Source: Prevotella sp. (lineage in GTDB: Bacteria > Bacteroidota > Bacteroidia > Bacteroidales > Dysgonomonadaceae). From it: a DNA stretch of 64,000 nucleotides. Position 1 is the stretch's first letter. Each line of letters opens with the position of its first letter. A program made the position numbers and the translations under genes. Location of the stretch: assembly GCA_031285625.1 (NCBI GenBank), contig JAITVV010000093.1:125232-189231 (forward strand). Reading direction: 5' to 3'. Positions 50,901 through 61,270 of this stretch are shown here, one piece after another. The notes under the pieces were generated by a model. The model worked only from the letters and a program-made list of their open reading frames with translations, had not been told where the DNA came from and ran no database searches.

Positions 50901-52856
50901 ATGATAAATAAAACTACAAGAAAAATATATAAGAAATTTCTCGAAAACCGTTTACTAAGTAGATGGTTTGTATTATTAATAGATATAGGAATTATTATTT
51001 TGGCAACAATAATATCTTATCTATTAACACTGCAGATATACAAAAATATTAATGTCATTCATCATCCAATATTTATTGAATATCTGGCTGTTACAATATT
51101 CTTTAATTTACTATTTTTCCGTTTTTTTAAAACCTATAAAGGGATAGTCCGTTACTCTACGGTTTACGAATTCCAACGGATATTAAGTGCATTATTATTT
51201 GCCGACTTCTTAGTTTTTCTTACCCTATACAAAGTTATTGGTCCATCTGGTAGTGTATCTGTAGCATACTGTAGTACATTATTTCTTGTATCTCTGGTTG
51301 GCCTTTATGGCTTTCGTATTATCGTTGTATATACATATCAATCTTTGACCCAAAAATTCGGAGATAATCCATCTATCCCAGTTTTTGTATGGGGACTAAA
51401 TGAAGAGAATATCGTTTTTGCGCAATTGCTAAGCACAGGGAAGAATAAATTCAGAATTATAGGTTTTCTTACAACTGAGCCTAATTCCAAACTGAAAAAG
51501 CTAACGAATTTACCGGTTATTATTATTCAGAAACCTGAAGATTTAAATAAATATAAGACGAAAGATATTCTATTTACAAAAGAAAGCGACTTAAAAGACC
51601 GAGCTGATTATGTTGAAAAGATGTTGAATCTAAATAGACATATATACATCACACAACAGATGAATATCAATAGTATGTCTCAATTGTCTGACGTTAGTCG
51701 CAGCATCCGATCTGTTCAGATAGAAGATTTACTAGGACGCCCTGAAATAAATATTAGTTTGGGGGCTATAGCTGAAAATATAAGAAATAAGAAAGTACTT
51801 GTCACTGGTGCTGCCGGATCAATAGGTAGTGAAATAGTAAAACAGTTAGCAAAATTCTCTCCTAATTGTATTATATGTCTGGATCAGGCAGAAACTCCTT
51901 TAAATGACCTGGATATTGAATTAAAGAAAGTTTATCCGACACTGAATTATAAGTCTATTATTGGAGACATTCGAAATAAGGATAAAATAACTCAGGTTTT
52001 TGAAGAATATAAGCCCAACATAGTATACCATGCTGCGGCATATAAGCATGTTCCATTAATGGAAAAATATCCTTGCGAAGCTATAATTACAAATGTTTTA
52101 GGAACAAAGCACCTTGTAGACCTTTCCATTGAAAATGCAGTTGAAATGTTCATCATGGTATCTACAGATAAAGCTGTGAATCCAACTAACATTATGGGGG
52201 CAACAAAGCGTATAGCAGAGATATATGTACAAAGCTGTGCCACAAATATGAGGAAGAACAAGTCTAATACAAAATTTGTGACTACAAGATTTGGGAATGT
52301 GCTAGGTAGCAATGGTTCTGTAATTCCACTTTTCAGAAAGCAGATTGAAAAAGGTGGCCCTATTACTGTAACAGATCGTAATATCACTCGCTATTTTATG
52401 ACAATACCGGAAGCCTGTCGTCTGGTATTAGAAGCATCTGTTATTGGTAAATCCGGTTATATTTACGTATTTGACATGGGAGAGCCTGTAAAAATATATG
52501 ATTTAGCCAGGAAAATGATCGAACTAGCAGGTTTGACACCAGATAAGGATATCTCTATTGAATTTTCAGGCTTACGTCCCGGCGAAAAGCTATATGAAGA
52601 ACTATTGAATGACTCAGAAGTTACAGAACCGACATCTCATAAAAAAATTATGATGGCTAAAGTTCGTGAGTATCACTTTGATGACATCTCTCCTCAAATC
52701 GACTCAATCATCACTATCGCTAAAAATGATGATAAATACAGGCTTGTAGCTAATATGAAAAATCTCGTACCTGAGTTTATAAGTAACAATTCAGAGTTTG
52801 AATTCTTAGATCAGAATAAGATAGATCCAACAGTGAAGTCACAAATCTGGGTATAA
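50901..52856 (+). CDS. CapD/WbpM/PglF UDP-GlcNAc 4,6-dehydratase
   Basis: 4 TM, IEDLLGR, GAAGSIG, HAAAYKHV, STDKAVNP, MGATK, RFGNVLGS.GSV, LRPGEKLYEEL. Confidence 0.93.
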   Translation: MINKTTRKIYKKFLENRLLSRWFVLLIDIGIIILATIISYLLTLQIYKNINVIHHPIFIEYLAVTIFFNLLFFRFFKTYKGIVRYSTVYEFQRILSALLFADFLVFLTLYKVIGPSGSVSVAYCSTLFLVSLVGLYGFRIIVVYTYQSLTQKFGDNPSIPVFVWGLNEENIVFAQLLSTGKNKFRIIGFLTTEPNSKLKKLTNLPVIIIQKPEDLNKYKTKDILFTKESDLKDRADYVEKMLNLNRHIYITQQMNINSMSQLSDVSRSIRSVQIEDLLGRPEINISLGAIAENIRNKKVLVTGAAGSIGSEIVKQLAKFSPNCIICLDQAETPLNDLDIELKKVYPTLNYKSIIGDIRNKDKITQVFEEYKPNIVYHAAAYKHVPLMEKYPCEAIITNVLGTKHLVDLSIENAVEMFIMVSTDKAVNPTNIMGATKRIAEIYVQSCATNMRKNKSNTKFVTTRFGNVLGSNGSVIPLFRKQIEKGGPITVTDRNITRYFMTIPEACRLVLEASVIGKSGYIYVFDMGEPVKIYDLARKMIELAGLTPDKDISIEFSGLRPGEKLYEELLNDSEVTEPTSHKKIMMAKVREYHFDDISPQIDSIITIAKNDDKYRLVANMKNLVPEFISNNSEFEFLDQNKIDPTVKSQIWV

Positions 52857-52897
52857 AGAGAGCTTTAATAAGATACTTGAAATATTATAAAATAAAT

Positions 52898-52928
52898 AAG
52901 GCATTGGATTTGCTCCAATGCCTTTTTT
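52898..52928. terminator. Bidirectional intrinsic terminator
   Basis: AAGGCATTGGA-loop-TCCAATGCCTTTTTT. Confidence 0.88.
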
Positions 52929-52942
52929 ATACTCTATTTTTC

Positions 52943-54493
52943 TTAAGGACGTAATTCCAATATGAAACGACAACCTTTAGTATATGTTTTATCTAAAGTC
53001 AGGTTTCCGTTTAGTTTGATGGCTATAAGTGAACATATTGGTAAGCCTAATCCATCCCCTTCGGCCAGATCTCTTACTTTAGTAAACGGTTTAAACATAT
53101 CCTCTTGCATCTTTTCAGGAATACCGGCTCCGCTATTTGTAACAACAAACTGATAAACATTTGCCCCTCTTTTTTTGAAATCCAGAATAATATATCCACT
53201 TTCGGTATGTAAAGCAGCATTTTTCAATAAGTGCTGTAAAATATGATCTAAATGCTCCTGGTTGGTTTTAATTTTTATTTTAGGCGCATTTACTGAAAGT
53301 GAAACTTCTGGTTTAACACATCCTCTGATTGAATCTAAGTTCCTTTCACAAAGAATATTCATATCCACCTCCTCTGTTTCATAAGGTTCTGATAATGTAT
53401 TCTCCAGTTCAGAAAGTTCCTGAATATTATCACAGAACTTCTGTAAAGCCTCAATATGAGTTTTCACTTCACCTGCCGGTTCTGGAGCTTTATCCATTGC
53501 TTTATCTGCAGATGCAGAAATTGCATTCAAAGTAGGTGCCATTTGCTCCGATATGTTATGTATAAATTGAGATTTCAATTCATTATGTTCATTAGCTGTC
53601 TGAACACTTTTTTTCAAGGTACGGTTACGCATAACAAACCGTAATAAAGTGACAGCAAGGAAGATCAATGCTCCCGCCAGAATAGCAGAAAGGATGCAAA
53701 GTCCTACTATAATATACATCCTTGACGATAAAGCATCATCTTTTTCACTTATAGTATTCAAACTTTCAGTGTACTTCTTCTCCTGTATTTCCAGTTCGTC
53801 TTTAACCTTCAATTGTTTCACCGAATCTGTCCACTGAATATAACGTTCATATGCAAGACTAGCCAATAATGTATTATTTTTAGCCTTGGCCTTTTCTATT
53901 AAATTGCGGTATACCTCACTGGCCCTGTCATATTCTTTATTTTCTTTATATTGGTTAATAAGCTTCTGAATAGAAACATCCCCCTGTGAGTTAAGACCAA
54001 ATGCATAGTAATATTCTGCTTCGGAATAGAGCTTTATCTTATTTAGCGAGTCATTCTTTGTTTGATTAACTATTTCTTCCAATTTATTTAATTCAGCTTG
54101 TGCCCGATCCGAAGATTTTCTTTTAGCATATATCTGCAAGCGTTCATTAGCCAGAGCAAAGCGCAGATCGTAGAGAGGATTGCCAAGTTTCTTCTCGTTA
54201 GCAGAAATCAGCCATTCGACTTCCAGAAGTACGTCCAAGCCTTCTTTAGAGTTATTTTCACGAGAATAAAGAGATCCGGTCTGCAAGCCACACTCAATAG
54301 CATTTGTATAATCCCCTTGCATCATAAATGCCCTGTAAGCTTGTTTAAATAAACTACGGGCCTTTACATAATCTTTCTGCGTGAGGCTACTTTCTGCAAG
54401 ACTTCTTAATTCTTCAGCTTTAGTTTGTGCATTCACATTGTTCACTGTGATTAGGCACAGAGCAACAACAAAGAATACATTTAAAATTTTCAT
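52943..54493 (-). CDS. Histidine-kinase-like membrane sensor with degenerate H-box
   Basis: Signal peptide, helical periplasmic domain, TM, FIHNISEQMAPTLNAI, HLLKNA, NSGAGI, FKPF, GDGLGL. Confidence 0.85.
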   Translation of the reverse strand: MKILNVFFVVALCLITVNNVNAQTKAEELRSLAESSLTQKDYVKARSLFKQAYRAFMMQGDYTNAIECGLQTGSLYSRENNSKEGLDVLLEVEWLISANEKKLGNPLYDLRFALANERLQIYAKRKSSDRAQAELNKLEEIVNQTKNDSLNKIKLYSEAEYYYAFGLNSQGDVSIQKLINQYKENKEYDRASEVYRNLIEKAKAKNNTLLASLAYERYIQWTDSVKQLKVKDELEIQEKKYTESLNTISEKDDALSSRMYIIVGLCILSAILAGALIFLAVTLLRFVMRNRTLKKSVQTANEHNELKSQFIHNISEQMAPTLNAISASADKAMDKAPEPAGEVKTHIEALQKFCDNIQELSELENTLSEPYETEEVDMNILCERNLDSIRGCVKPEVSLSVNAPKIKIKTNQEHLDHILQHLLKNAALHTESGYIILDFKKRGANVYQFVVTNSGAGIPEKMQEDMFKPFTKVRDLAEGDGLGLPICSLIAIKLNGNLTLDKTYTKGCRFILELRP

Positions 54494-54635
54494 GCCAATA
54501 ATTTTAATTATGAGTAATTGTTTTGTATAGTTTTAAAGATTGATTTATCAATCTTTTGTGTAAAGTTTATGTCTCAGTGTTCCACTGGCAAAACGGATGT
54601 AGTCTAATCCGTAAAAAACGAAGGTAATATCTTGA

Positions 54636-54667
54636 ATAGCACCTCAAACTTGTGTTTGAGGTGCTAT
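54636..54667 (-). terminator. Hairpin terminator after pgm
   Basis: ATAGCACCTCAAAC-loop-GTTTGAGGTGCTAT. Confidence 0.8.
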
Positions 54668-54684
54668 ATGTTAATTTTCAGGAA

Positions 54685-56433
54685 TCAGATACCTAAATCT
54701 TTGCAAACCTGCTCAATTTTCTTTTCTGTTGCTGCATCCACAGCATCAAATTCGGCTCTTGATTTTAATTTGCTTTGTACTTCTATATAAAACTTAATTT
54801 TAGGTTCGGTACCTGAAGGACGGATAGAAACTTTTGTTTTATCCTCTGTAAAATATTGCAATACATTCGAAGTGGTCGGCATTTCTAGAGTATATTCCTC
54901 ATTGATATCCAGATCCTGAGCTTTTAATGTAACAAAGTCCTTTATTAAAATAACTTTAGACCCGGCGATTTGTTTTATAGGGTTTTCTCTAAAATTTTTC
55001 ATCATAGCTTCAATCTCTTCAGCTCCACTCCTGCCCTCTTTTGTTACAGAAATACCTTTCTCTTTAGAGAAGCCATATTCTACATATATATCTTGCAGCA
55101 TCTCATACAATGTTTTACCATTATCTTTTGCCCATGCAGCAATTTCACCAAATAAGATAGCAGCAGACACAGAATCCTTGTCCCGAACAAAATCTTCGGC
55201 TAAGAAACCATAACTTTCTTCACCTCCACCAATATAATTACGTTTGCCTTCCAGTTCACGCATTACAGCAGCGATCCATTTAAAACCAGTATAGCATTCA
55301 AACATTTCCACACCGTTCTTCTCAGATACAACTTGCGTTAAAGCACTGGTAACAATAGTACGGACTGTATAATCTTTCTTTGATAATAGTCCTAATTCTT
55401 TTCTACGGGTAATTATATAATAGATAAGAATAATCATTGTCTGATTGCCATTCAGAAGAATGATCTCACCTTTATCATCACGTATCGCCGCTCCAAAACG
55501 GTCTGCATCCGGATCTGTTGCAAATACAAGTTCTGCATTAGTTTCTACAGCTTTCTTTACCGCCAGAGCCATCGCAGCAGGGTCTTCTGGATTAGGTGAA
55601 ATAACTGTTGGGAAATCACCACTCAATACATCCTGTTCCGGAACATTTATTACATTATTGAATCCACAAGCTTTCAGCGCTTTGGGTATAATAGTAAATC
55701 CAGTTCCATGTAGAGGTGTATATACAATGCCGATATTTCCATGACGCTTTATTGAATCAGGAGATAGCAATAAAGTCTTTAAGTCCTTGATATAAGCATC
55801 ATCCATCTCTTTACCCAGTGATTCTATCAGCTTTTTATCTCCACCCTTAAATTTAATCTGGTCAACCTGAACGCGGTTAACTTCAGCTATAATATTTTTA
55901 TCATGAGGTGGAATCACCTGTGCTCCATCTTCCCAATATACTTTATATCCGTTGTATGCTTTTGGATTGTGAGATGCTGTAATCATAATACCACTTTGAC
56001 ATCCCAATTTACGGATTGCATAAGAAACTTCCGGAGTTGGGCGAAGATCTTCGAACAAATATGCTTTTATCCCATTTGCAGCAAAAATTTCAGCTGAAAT
56101 TTCAGCATATTTACGGCTGTTGTTACGACAATCATGACCTATTACAACTTTTATTTCTTTTAATGAAGAGAATTCTTTCAATAAGTAATTCGCTAACCCT
56201 TGGGTTGCTCCACCTATGGTATATATATTAACCCGATTGGTTCCTACTCCCATTATACCACGAAGACCACCTGTTCCAAATTCCAGGTCTTTGTAGAAAG
56301 CCTCAATCAATTCGGTTTTATCTTCTTTGTCTAATAATGTCTGAACTTCTTTTCTTGTTTCAGAATCGTATTTCTCTGACAACCAAGTCTTCGCTTTTGT
56401 TGTCACCTGCATCAGTAACTCATTACTATCCAT
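54685..56433 (-). CDS. pgm: Phosphoglucomutase/phosphomannomutase
   Basis: FGTGGLRG, TASHNP, DPDADR, GGEESYG, RPSGTEPKIK. Confidence 0.95.
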   Translation of the reverse strand: MDSNELLMQVTTKAKTWLSEKYDSETRKEVQTLLDKEDKTELIEAFYKDLEFGTGGLRGIMGVGTNRVNIYTIGGATQGLANYLLKEFSSLKEIKVVIGHDCRNNSRKYAEISAEIFAANGIKAYLFEDLRPTPEVSYAIRKLGCQSGIMITASHNPKAYNGYKVYWEDGAQVIPPHDKNIIAEVNRVQVDQIKFKGGDKKLIESLGKEMDDAYIKDLKTLLLSPDSIKRHGNIGIVYTPLHGTGFTIIPKALKACGFNNVINVPEQDVLSGDFPTVISPNPEDPAAMALAVKKAVETNAELVFATDPDADRFGAAIRDDKGEIILLNGNQTMIILIYYIITRRKELGLLSKKDYTVRTIVTSALTQVVSEKNGVEMFECYTGFKWIAAVMRELEGKRNYIGGGEESYGFLAEDFVRDKDSVSAAILFGEIAAWAKDNGKTLYEMLQDIYVEYGFSKEKGISVTKEGRSGAEEIEAMMKNFRENPIKQIAGSKVILIKDFVTLKAQDLDINEEYTLEMPTTSNVLQYFTEDKTKVSIRPSGTEPKIKFYIEVQSKLKSRAEFDAVDAATEKKIEQVCKDLGI

Positions 56434-56481
56434 GCTCGCTTTTCTTTTTAATTTATATTGTTCTTTGTAGTGTAATTATAA

Positions 56482-56545
56482 AAGGTTACAGACCCAATTT
56501 CAAATAACAACAACTATAACTGTTACATTCGAAATATTATCAAAT
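56482..56545. repeat. Diverged copy of the 6240 repeat in the pgm leader
   Basis: AAGGTTACAGACCC then AACAACTATAACTGTTACATTCGAAATATTATCA, resembling AACAACAATAAGTTGTTATGATTCTAAAATATATCA at ~6275-6310. Confidence 0.45.
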
Positions 56546-56630
56546 AACATATGTTATTTATAACCAACAAATATAATAAATTTTAGCAGGAAAAAGTTAG
56601 TACAATTAAGAAATACGAATAAAAAATGAC

Positions 56631-58844
56631 TTAAATCATTCCATATTTTATTTGATCGAAAAGGAATGGAAATATATTTTTATCCACTCCATGATCTATC
56701 AAACTATCTTTATCTGCATCGAAAAGTAAAGTGAATAACTCAAAGTCATTATCAGTATACACGGCTTTTTTGTAATAGGCGATGGCTTCACTTTTGTTAC
56801 CCATACATAACTCTACATGCCCTGCATTCAGATAATCATGAATAGTCGGTTTCCCTGTAAGTATTTGAGCATAGTATCTCTGAGAAACATCATATTTTTT
56901 CAATAAAAAAGCAGTCCAGGCTATTGGTCTTTGAGCTTTTATACCTTTACTATCCAGTAACTCAACTTTGAAATATGAATTTAAAGCTTGTTCGTAATCA
57001 CCCAGTTCAAGGTAGCAATGTCCTATATTAAGTTCTGTACTAATATTATCCGGGGAAAGCTTAGCGGCCTTCTTATAGTAATCTAATGATAACTCAGGCT
57101 TTTTCAATGTACGATACAATTGAGCTATACGTTTTATAATCCACGAATTATTAGGTTTCAGGAGATCTGCCTGCAAATACGCATCCAATGCGCCTGGCTG
57201 ATCATTCAGCATTTGCTTACAGTATCCTATTTTCTGCCATATATTATCGCTCTGATTATCGATTTCTACCAACCGGTTGAATATATCCAATGCTTCCTTA
57301 AAGTTATTTTTATCGAAGCAATACAAAGCAATCTTCTTCATACTGTCTATATCTGAAATAAGCGGAGCTATAGACTTTTTATCATAAAAATTTAAACTGA
57401 GTTTAAAGATATCAAAGAAGCCATTCCTGTAAGGATATAATTTAAAGAAGCGGTATAAATCCTGTATATATTGGTTTGAAATAACTTCATCATCGATAGT
57501 CGGATTCATTGCTTGCGCCTCTTTTTGAAGCTGCTTAATTTCTTCAGACTCGGCCCCCATTTTACCCATCATCATTTCTCGCTGAGCAGGCGATATCTGT
57601 AACAGGCTCAGGCAGAACGAATATTTATCGGAATTACACATATGTCCCGAATCCAGAATAGCGGTTTTCAACAGGTTATTACTATTATCTTCCGGGAAGA
57701 ATGATACAAATTCAGAATAAGAGGGGTCAAATGGTAAGAACCAATTTCCCATCTCAGAGAAAAAAGGAAAGCTTTTTAGTCCTGAAAAAGTAGAATGGAA
57801 AACATCAGCACCTTCCATCTGCAAATTCGAATATTCCTGTAACTTTTTTCCCAGCCCCGACTCTTCCAATTCCTTTTGCCATTCAGGATTCTTTTCAGAA
57901 AAATCAGTATCCCCCATCAATTCTTCCATATTCAATTTCCGGCCTGCGAGATTATTAATTTTCATCATTTCAGGCAAAATTTCCTCTCTTATCTTTTTAC
58001 TGATCTGTTCTGTCTCTCTAGATCGGATCAATTGAATTATAGTGCGAAGAATTGCTTTACGAAAGTCTAGGTTTTCTGACAGAATATCTAATTGATTTTG
58101 CAATTCAGGATATAAAGACCAACGGATATCATACATTTGCATAACTATCACTAATCCAACAATGGAACGGGCACGTAGTTGCATATTATCAGAAGTAGCA
58201 GCATGCATCAGTACCTGCACTTTCTTAGCATCAAACCGATGAAACAGGCTCATAGATAAGGCTGAAAGGAACAAACATTTCTCACGTACAGACAAATCCA
58301 AATTATCTATAAATGAAAGGTAATCGTTCATATCTGTATCATTAGCACGCGGAGAAACAAATATAGAATTAAATATATCTGATCCGATCCTTTCACGCTT
58401 TACGGATAATTCTCGTTTCCTGTTCTTCTTTTCCTCAATATCTTCTATTAAATCAGCTAAAGATAAAGAATCCAAAGTATCTTTTAATTGGAACTGGTAT
58501 TCAGCTAAAGAATTATTTTTTGGTGCATTTGCTCTATATTTTTCGTAGAATATATTTGATGATTCAATATTTAGCAATTCTTCAGTCGCATCATCCGTTA
58601 ATTCGTATAATGACCGCAACAAATTGCGGTATACAGTTTCACGTTCAGGATCTGCAACTCCTTCAAACATATAGTGAAGCATATACTTGTAGTTTGTTTC
58701 CAACTCACTTAATGTTCCGGATATTTTCCAATCTTGTAGATGTACTGATAATTTAATTAATAAATCAAAAGCATCCTTTAACTGCCTTTTTGACAGATTA
58801 AGAAGTATATCTTTTTTGAGTGATATGATATCGCGATTATTCAT
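56631..58844 (-). CDS. Tetratricopeptide-repeat protein
   Basis: C-terminal TPRs (WQKIGYCKQM..ALDAY; NIGHCYLELGDYEQAL..Y); all-helical N-terminus. Confidence 0.85.
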   Translation of the reverse strand: MNNRDIISLKKDILLNLSKRQLKDAFDLLIKLSVHLQDWKISGTLSELETNYKYMLHYMFEGVADPERETVYRNLLRSLYELTDDATEELLNIESSNIFYEKYRANAPKNNSLAEYQFQLKDTLDSLSLADLIEDIEEKKNRKRELSVKRERIGSDIFNSIFVSPRANDTDMNDYLSFIDNLDLSVREKCLFLSALSMSLFHRFDAKKVQVLMHAATSDNMQLRARSIVGLVIVMQMYDIRWSLYPELQNQLDILSENLDFRKAILRTIIQLIRSRETEQISKKIREEILPEMMKINNLAGRKLNMEELMGDTDFSEKNPEWQKELEESGLGKKLQEYSNLQMEGADVFHSTFSGLKSFPFFSEMGNWFLPFDPSYSEFVSFFPEDNSNNLLKTAILDSGHMCNSDKYSFCLSLLQISPAQREMMMGKMGAESEEIKQLQKEAQAMNPTIDDEVISNQYIQDLYRFFKLYPYRNGFFDIFKLSLNFYDKKSIAPLISDIDSMKKIALYCFDKNNFKEALDIFNRLVEIDNQSDNIWQKIGYCKQMLNDQPGALDAYLQADLLKPNNSWIIKRIAQLYRTLKKPELSLDYYKKAAKLSPDNISTELNIGHCYLELGDYEQALNSYFKVELLDSKGIKAQRPIAWTAFLLKKYDVSQRYYAQILTGKPTIHDYLNAGHVELCMGNKSEAIAYYKKAVYTDNDFELFTLLFDADKDSLIDHGVDKNIFPFLFDQIKYGMI

Positions 58845-58873
58845 TCTCCTATTATTAGCTGTTATTCAACAAA

Positions 58874-61150
58874 TTAGTTAGTTAATACTAGTGTAGAAGG
58901 AGCGTCTTTCATCAGTTTCGGATTTCTGTCATCTAGCTCTTTCCAGCTATTGAGGCTAATTAATATCAAGTCCTGTTTATTCAATATATCACTGTCCACT
59001 GGTATATTGTTATTCCATAATTGGAACAGATAAGGATTAACCGCTTTAATTGCTTTTACTGATTTTATAAATTCTATAGAATTGTCTGCCAGACCAATAG
59101 GATCCCACAAAGTAATCCTTACATATGAATTCTGAGCTAAACGTTCCATAAATTCTCCTACAAAAATATCATCTTCGTCAAGTATGGGAACAAAAATATT
59201 ACGCATACTTACCAATCCTTTATCAATAAACATGCCAACCGGCATATCACTCTTCGAAACAATAGTACGTGTATTTTCATCGAGAGGGGCAAGAAGTATA
59301 CGACTCCATTTTTTCTGATTACCAAATTTCATCAACAGATAGTTTGGTATATGCAATAACTTGTTGGAAAAACCAAGAAAACGTTCAAGTACATTGTTGT
59401 TGTCAACAAATCCTTTGTAACCTATCAGAAGAAAGTCATAATCCCCCTTATTCGCTATTTTGGCTACGTTGGTACTTATATCTCCTACGACCTTAAACAT
59501 TGGAGTAAAGTTCTGCTGTAAGCTATGAGCTTCTTCCTTTATCGAATCAAATACTTCTTCTGCTTCTTCTTCCACCCCATACTGATATAAAAGATTACCT
59601 TCAGAAAGATGAAGCATCGTCAGTTCAGAATTAGCCTGTTTTTTACGGATAAAGCTATTTGCCAAAAACAATAATTTTCGTCCGGTTTTGGCACTTTTGA
59701 ATGAAACAAGTATTTTATACTTATCCTCTACCTGATTTTCGTCAGTTTGCTTCTTCTTAAATACCTTCTCTATAAGACTTAACAATGGAGAAGTCATAAA
59801 AGTTGTCACTAAAGCCATAACAACCATCATTGCAAACACTTCAGGAGTAAGAATACCCAAGTCGAGACCAATATTCAATACAACCAGCTCCATTAATCCG
59901 CGGGTATTCATCAAAGCCCCAATCATAAGGCTGTCTTTCCAGCTGTTTCCTACAAAACGTGCTGCTAAAGCACTACCCATCGATTTACCAACTACTGCCA
60001 AAAAGATAATTCCTCCGCAAATTATCCATAGGTGTGGTTCGTTTAATAAGCCTATATGAGTGCGAAGCCCTGTATAAACAAAGAATAGCGGAAGGAGCAA
60101 GACAAGCGCTACATCTTCTATTTTTTCAGTAAACAGGTTTCTGAAATTATAGTTTGTCGGCATAATAACACCTGCAAGAAAGGCTCCGAAAAGGGCATGA
60201 ATACCAATTATTTCTGTTGCATAAGCCGATAGGAACAGTACCAGAAAGAACACACCTATTACAGACTTACTGATTGTACGGTTGGATATTTGCATATCTG
60301 CAATCCGTTTCAGGAATGGACGCACAACCCTAAACATTAATATTACATATATTACAGCCAGCAGTATAACAAACAAAGCACTCGCCACCGATCCTGCCTT
60401 GACAATGGCAATAACAGCGGCCAATAAGCACCACGCCGTAATATCATCAATGGCTGCACAGGTAATTATTGTTGCACCCAAAGGAGTCTTGTTAATCCCC
60501 CTCTCATGGATAATCCTGGCCATTACCGGAAACGCGGCAATACTCATGGCAATACCCATAAATAAAGCAAAAGGTAGAAAAACAGCTGTCTGATGTGTAT
60601 AGTTTTCGAACAAAAAATAAGCAGCAAGGACACCAAGAGTAAAAGCGACAAAAATACTTGTATGGCTAATGATTAAGGCGTTGTTTGCCTTGCTTCTGAT
60701 CGTTTTCAGGTTAAGCTCCATCCCCACAATAAACATGAACAGGACGAGCCCTATATTACTTAGAAAACGAATATTGTCTAATGAGGATTCGGGAAAAAGA
60801 AATTCTGATGCATTCGGGAAATAATAACCCAGTAAAGAAGGCCCTAATACTACCCCGGCAAATATCTCACCGATCACTGTCGGTTGCCCAATCTTCTGGC
60901 ATATCCAACCAAAAATTCTGACCGCAAGCAGGATTACAACAATCTGTAATAATAAAACAGCTAATGGTGCAGCCAGATCTTCATGCAAATGGTTCAGGAA
61001 ATCGCCCCATGCAGAAGTTTTAGATGCTAATCCGTATACATTTTGTTTTACTTCCAGATTTAGCCTTCCCGTACGGATTATAGTATATATAAGAAAAGAA
61101 AAGACAGCTAAAATAGAAGTATAAAAGATTAGGTTTTTATATTTTTTCAT
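58874..61150 (-). CDS. CPA2 cation/H+ antiporter with soluble C-terminal domain
   Basis: QP.VIGEI.AG..LGPS, FIVGMEL, AFPV.ARI, CAAIDD, H.LFGAF.AG, MNTRGLMEL. Confidence 0.92.
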   Translation of the reverse strand: MKKYKNLIFYTSILAVFSFLIYTIIRTGRLNLEVKQNVYGLASKTSAWGDFLNHLHEDLAAPLAVLLLQIVVILLAVRIFGWICQKIGQPTVIGEIFAGVVLGPSLLGYYFPNASEFLFPESSLDNIRFLSNIGLVLFMFIVGMELNLKTIRSKANNALIISHTSIFVAFTLGVLAAYFLFENYTHQTAVFLPFALFMGIAMSIAAFPVMARIIHERGINKTPLGATIITCAAIDDITAWCLLAAVIAIVKAGSVASALFVILLAVIYVILMFRVVRPFLKRIADMQISNRTISKSVIGVFFLVLFLSAYATEIIGIHALFGAFLAGVIMPTNYNFRNLFTEKIEDVALVLLLPLFFVYTGLRTHIGLLNEPHLWIICGGIIFLAVVGKSMGSALAARFVGNSWKDSLMIGALMNTRGLMELVVLNIGLDLGILTPEVFAMMVVMALVTTFMTSPLLSLIEKVFKKKQTDENQVEDKYKILVSFKSAKTGRKLLFLANSFIRKKQANSELTMLHLSEGNLLYQYGVEEEAEEVFDSIKEEAHSLQQNFTPMFKVVGDISTNVAKIANKGDYDFLLIGYKGFVDNNNVLERFLGFSNKLLHIPNYLLMKFGNQKKWSRILLAPLDENTRTIVSKSDMPVGMFIDKGLVSMRNIFVPILDEDDIFVGEFMERLAQNSYVRITLWDPIGLADNSIEFIKSVKAIKAVNPYLFQLWNNNIPVDSDILNKQDLILISLNSWKELDDRNPKLMKDAPSTLVLTN

Positions 61151-61165
61151 TAACAAATCCCACTA

Positions 61166-61231
61166 TATTTTCTGATTTTCCATTATTTGCAACAATTATT
61201 GCAAATTTACATGATTATTTTCTGATTTTCC
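61166..61231 (-). promoter_or_regulatory. 16-bp direct repeats flanking the antiporter promoter
   Basis: TATTTTCTGATTTTCC at 61166 and 61216; between them TTTGCAA-N6-TTGCAAA and a minus-strand TAAATTTG. Confidence 0.5.
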
Positions 61232-61270
61232 CTCATTATGTAAAAAATCCCCATAAACAGGCCGATGCAA

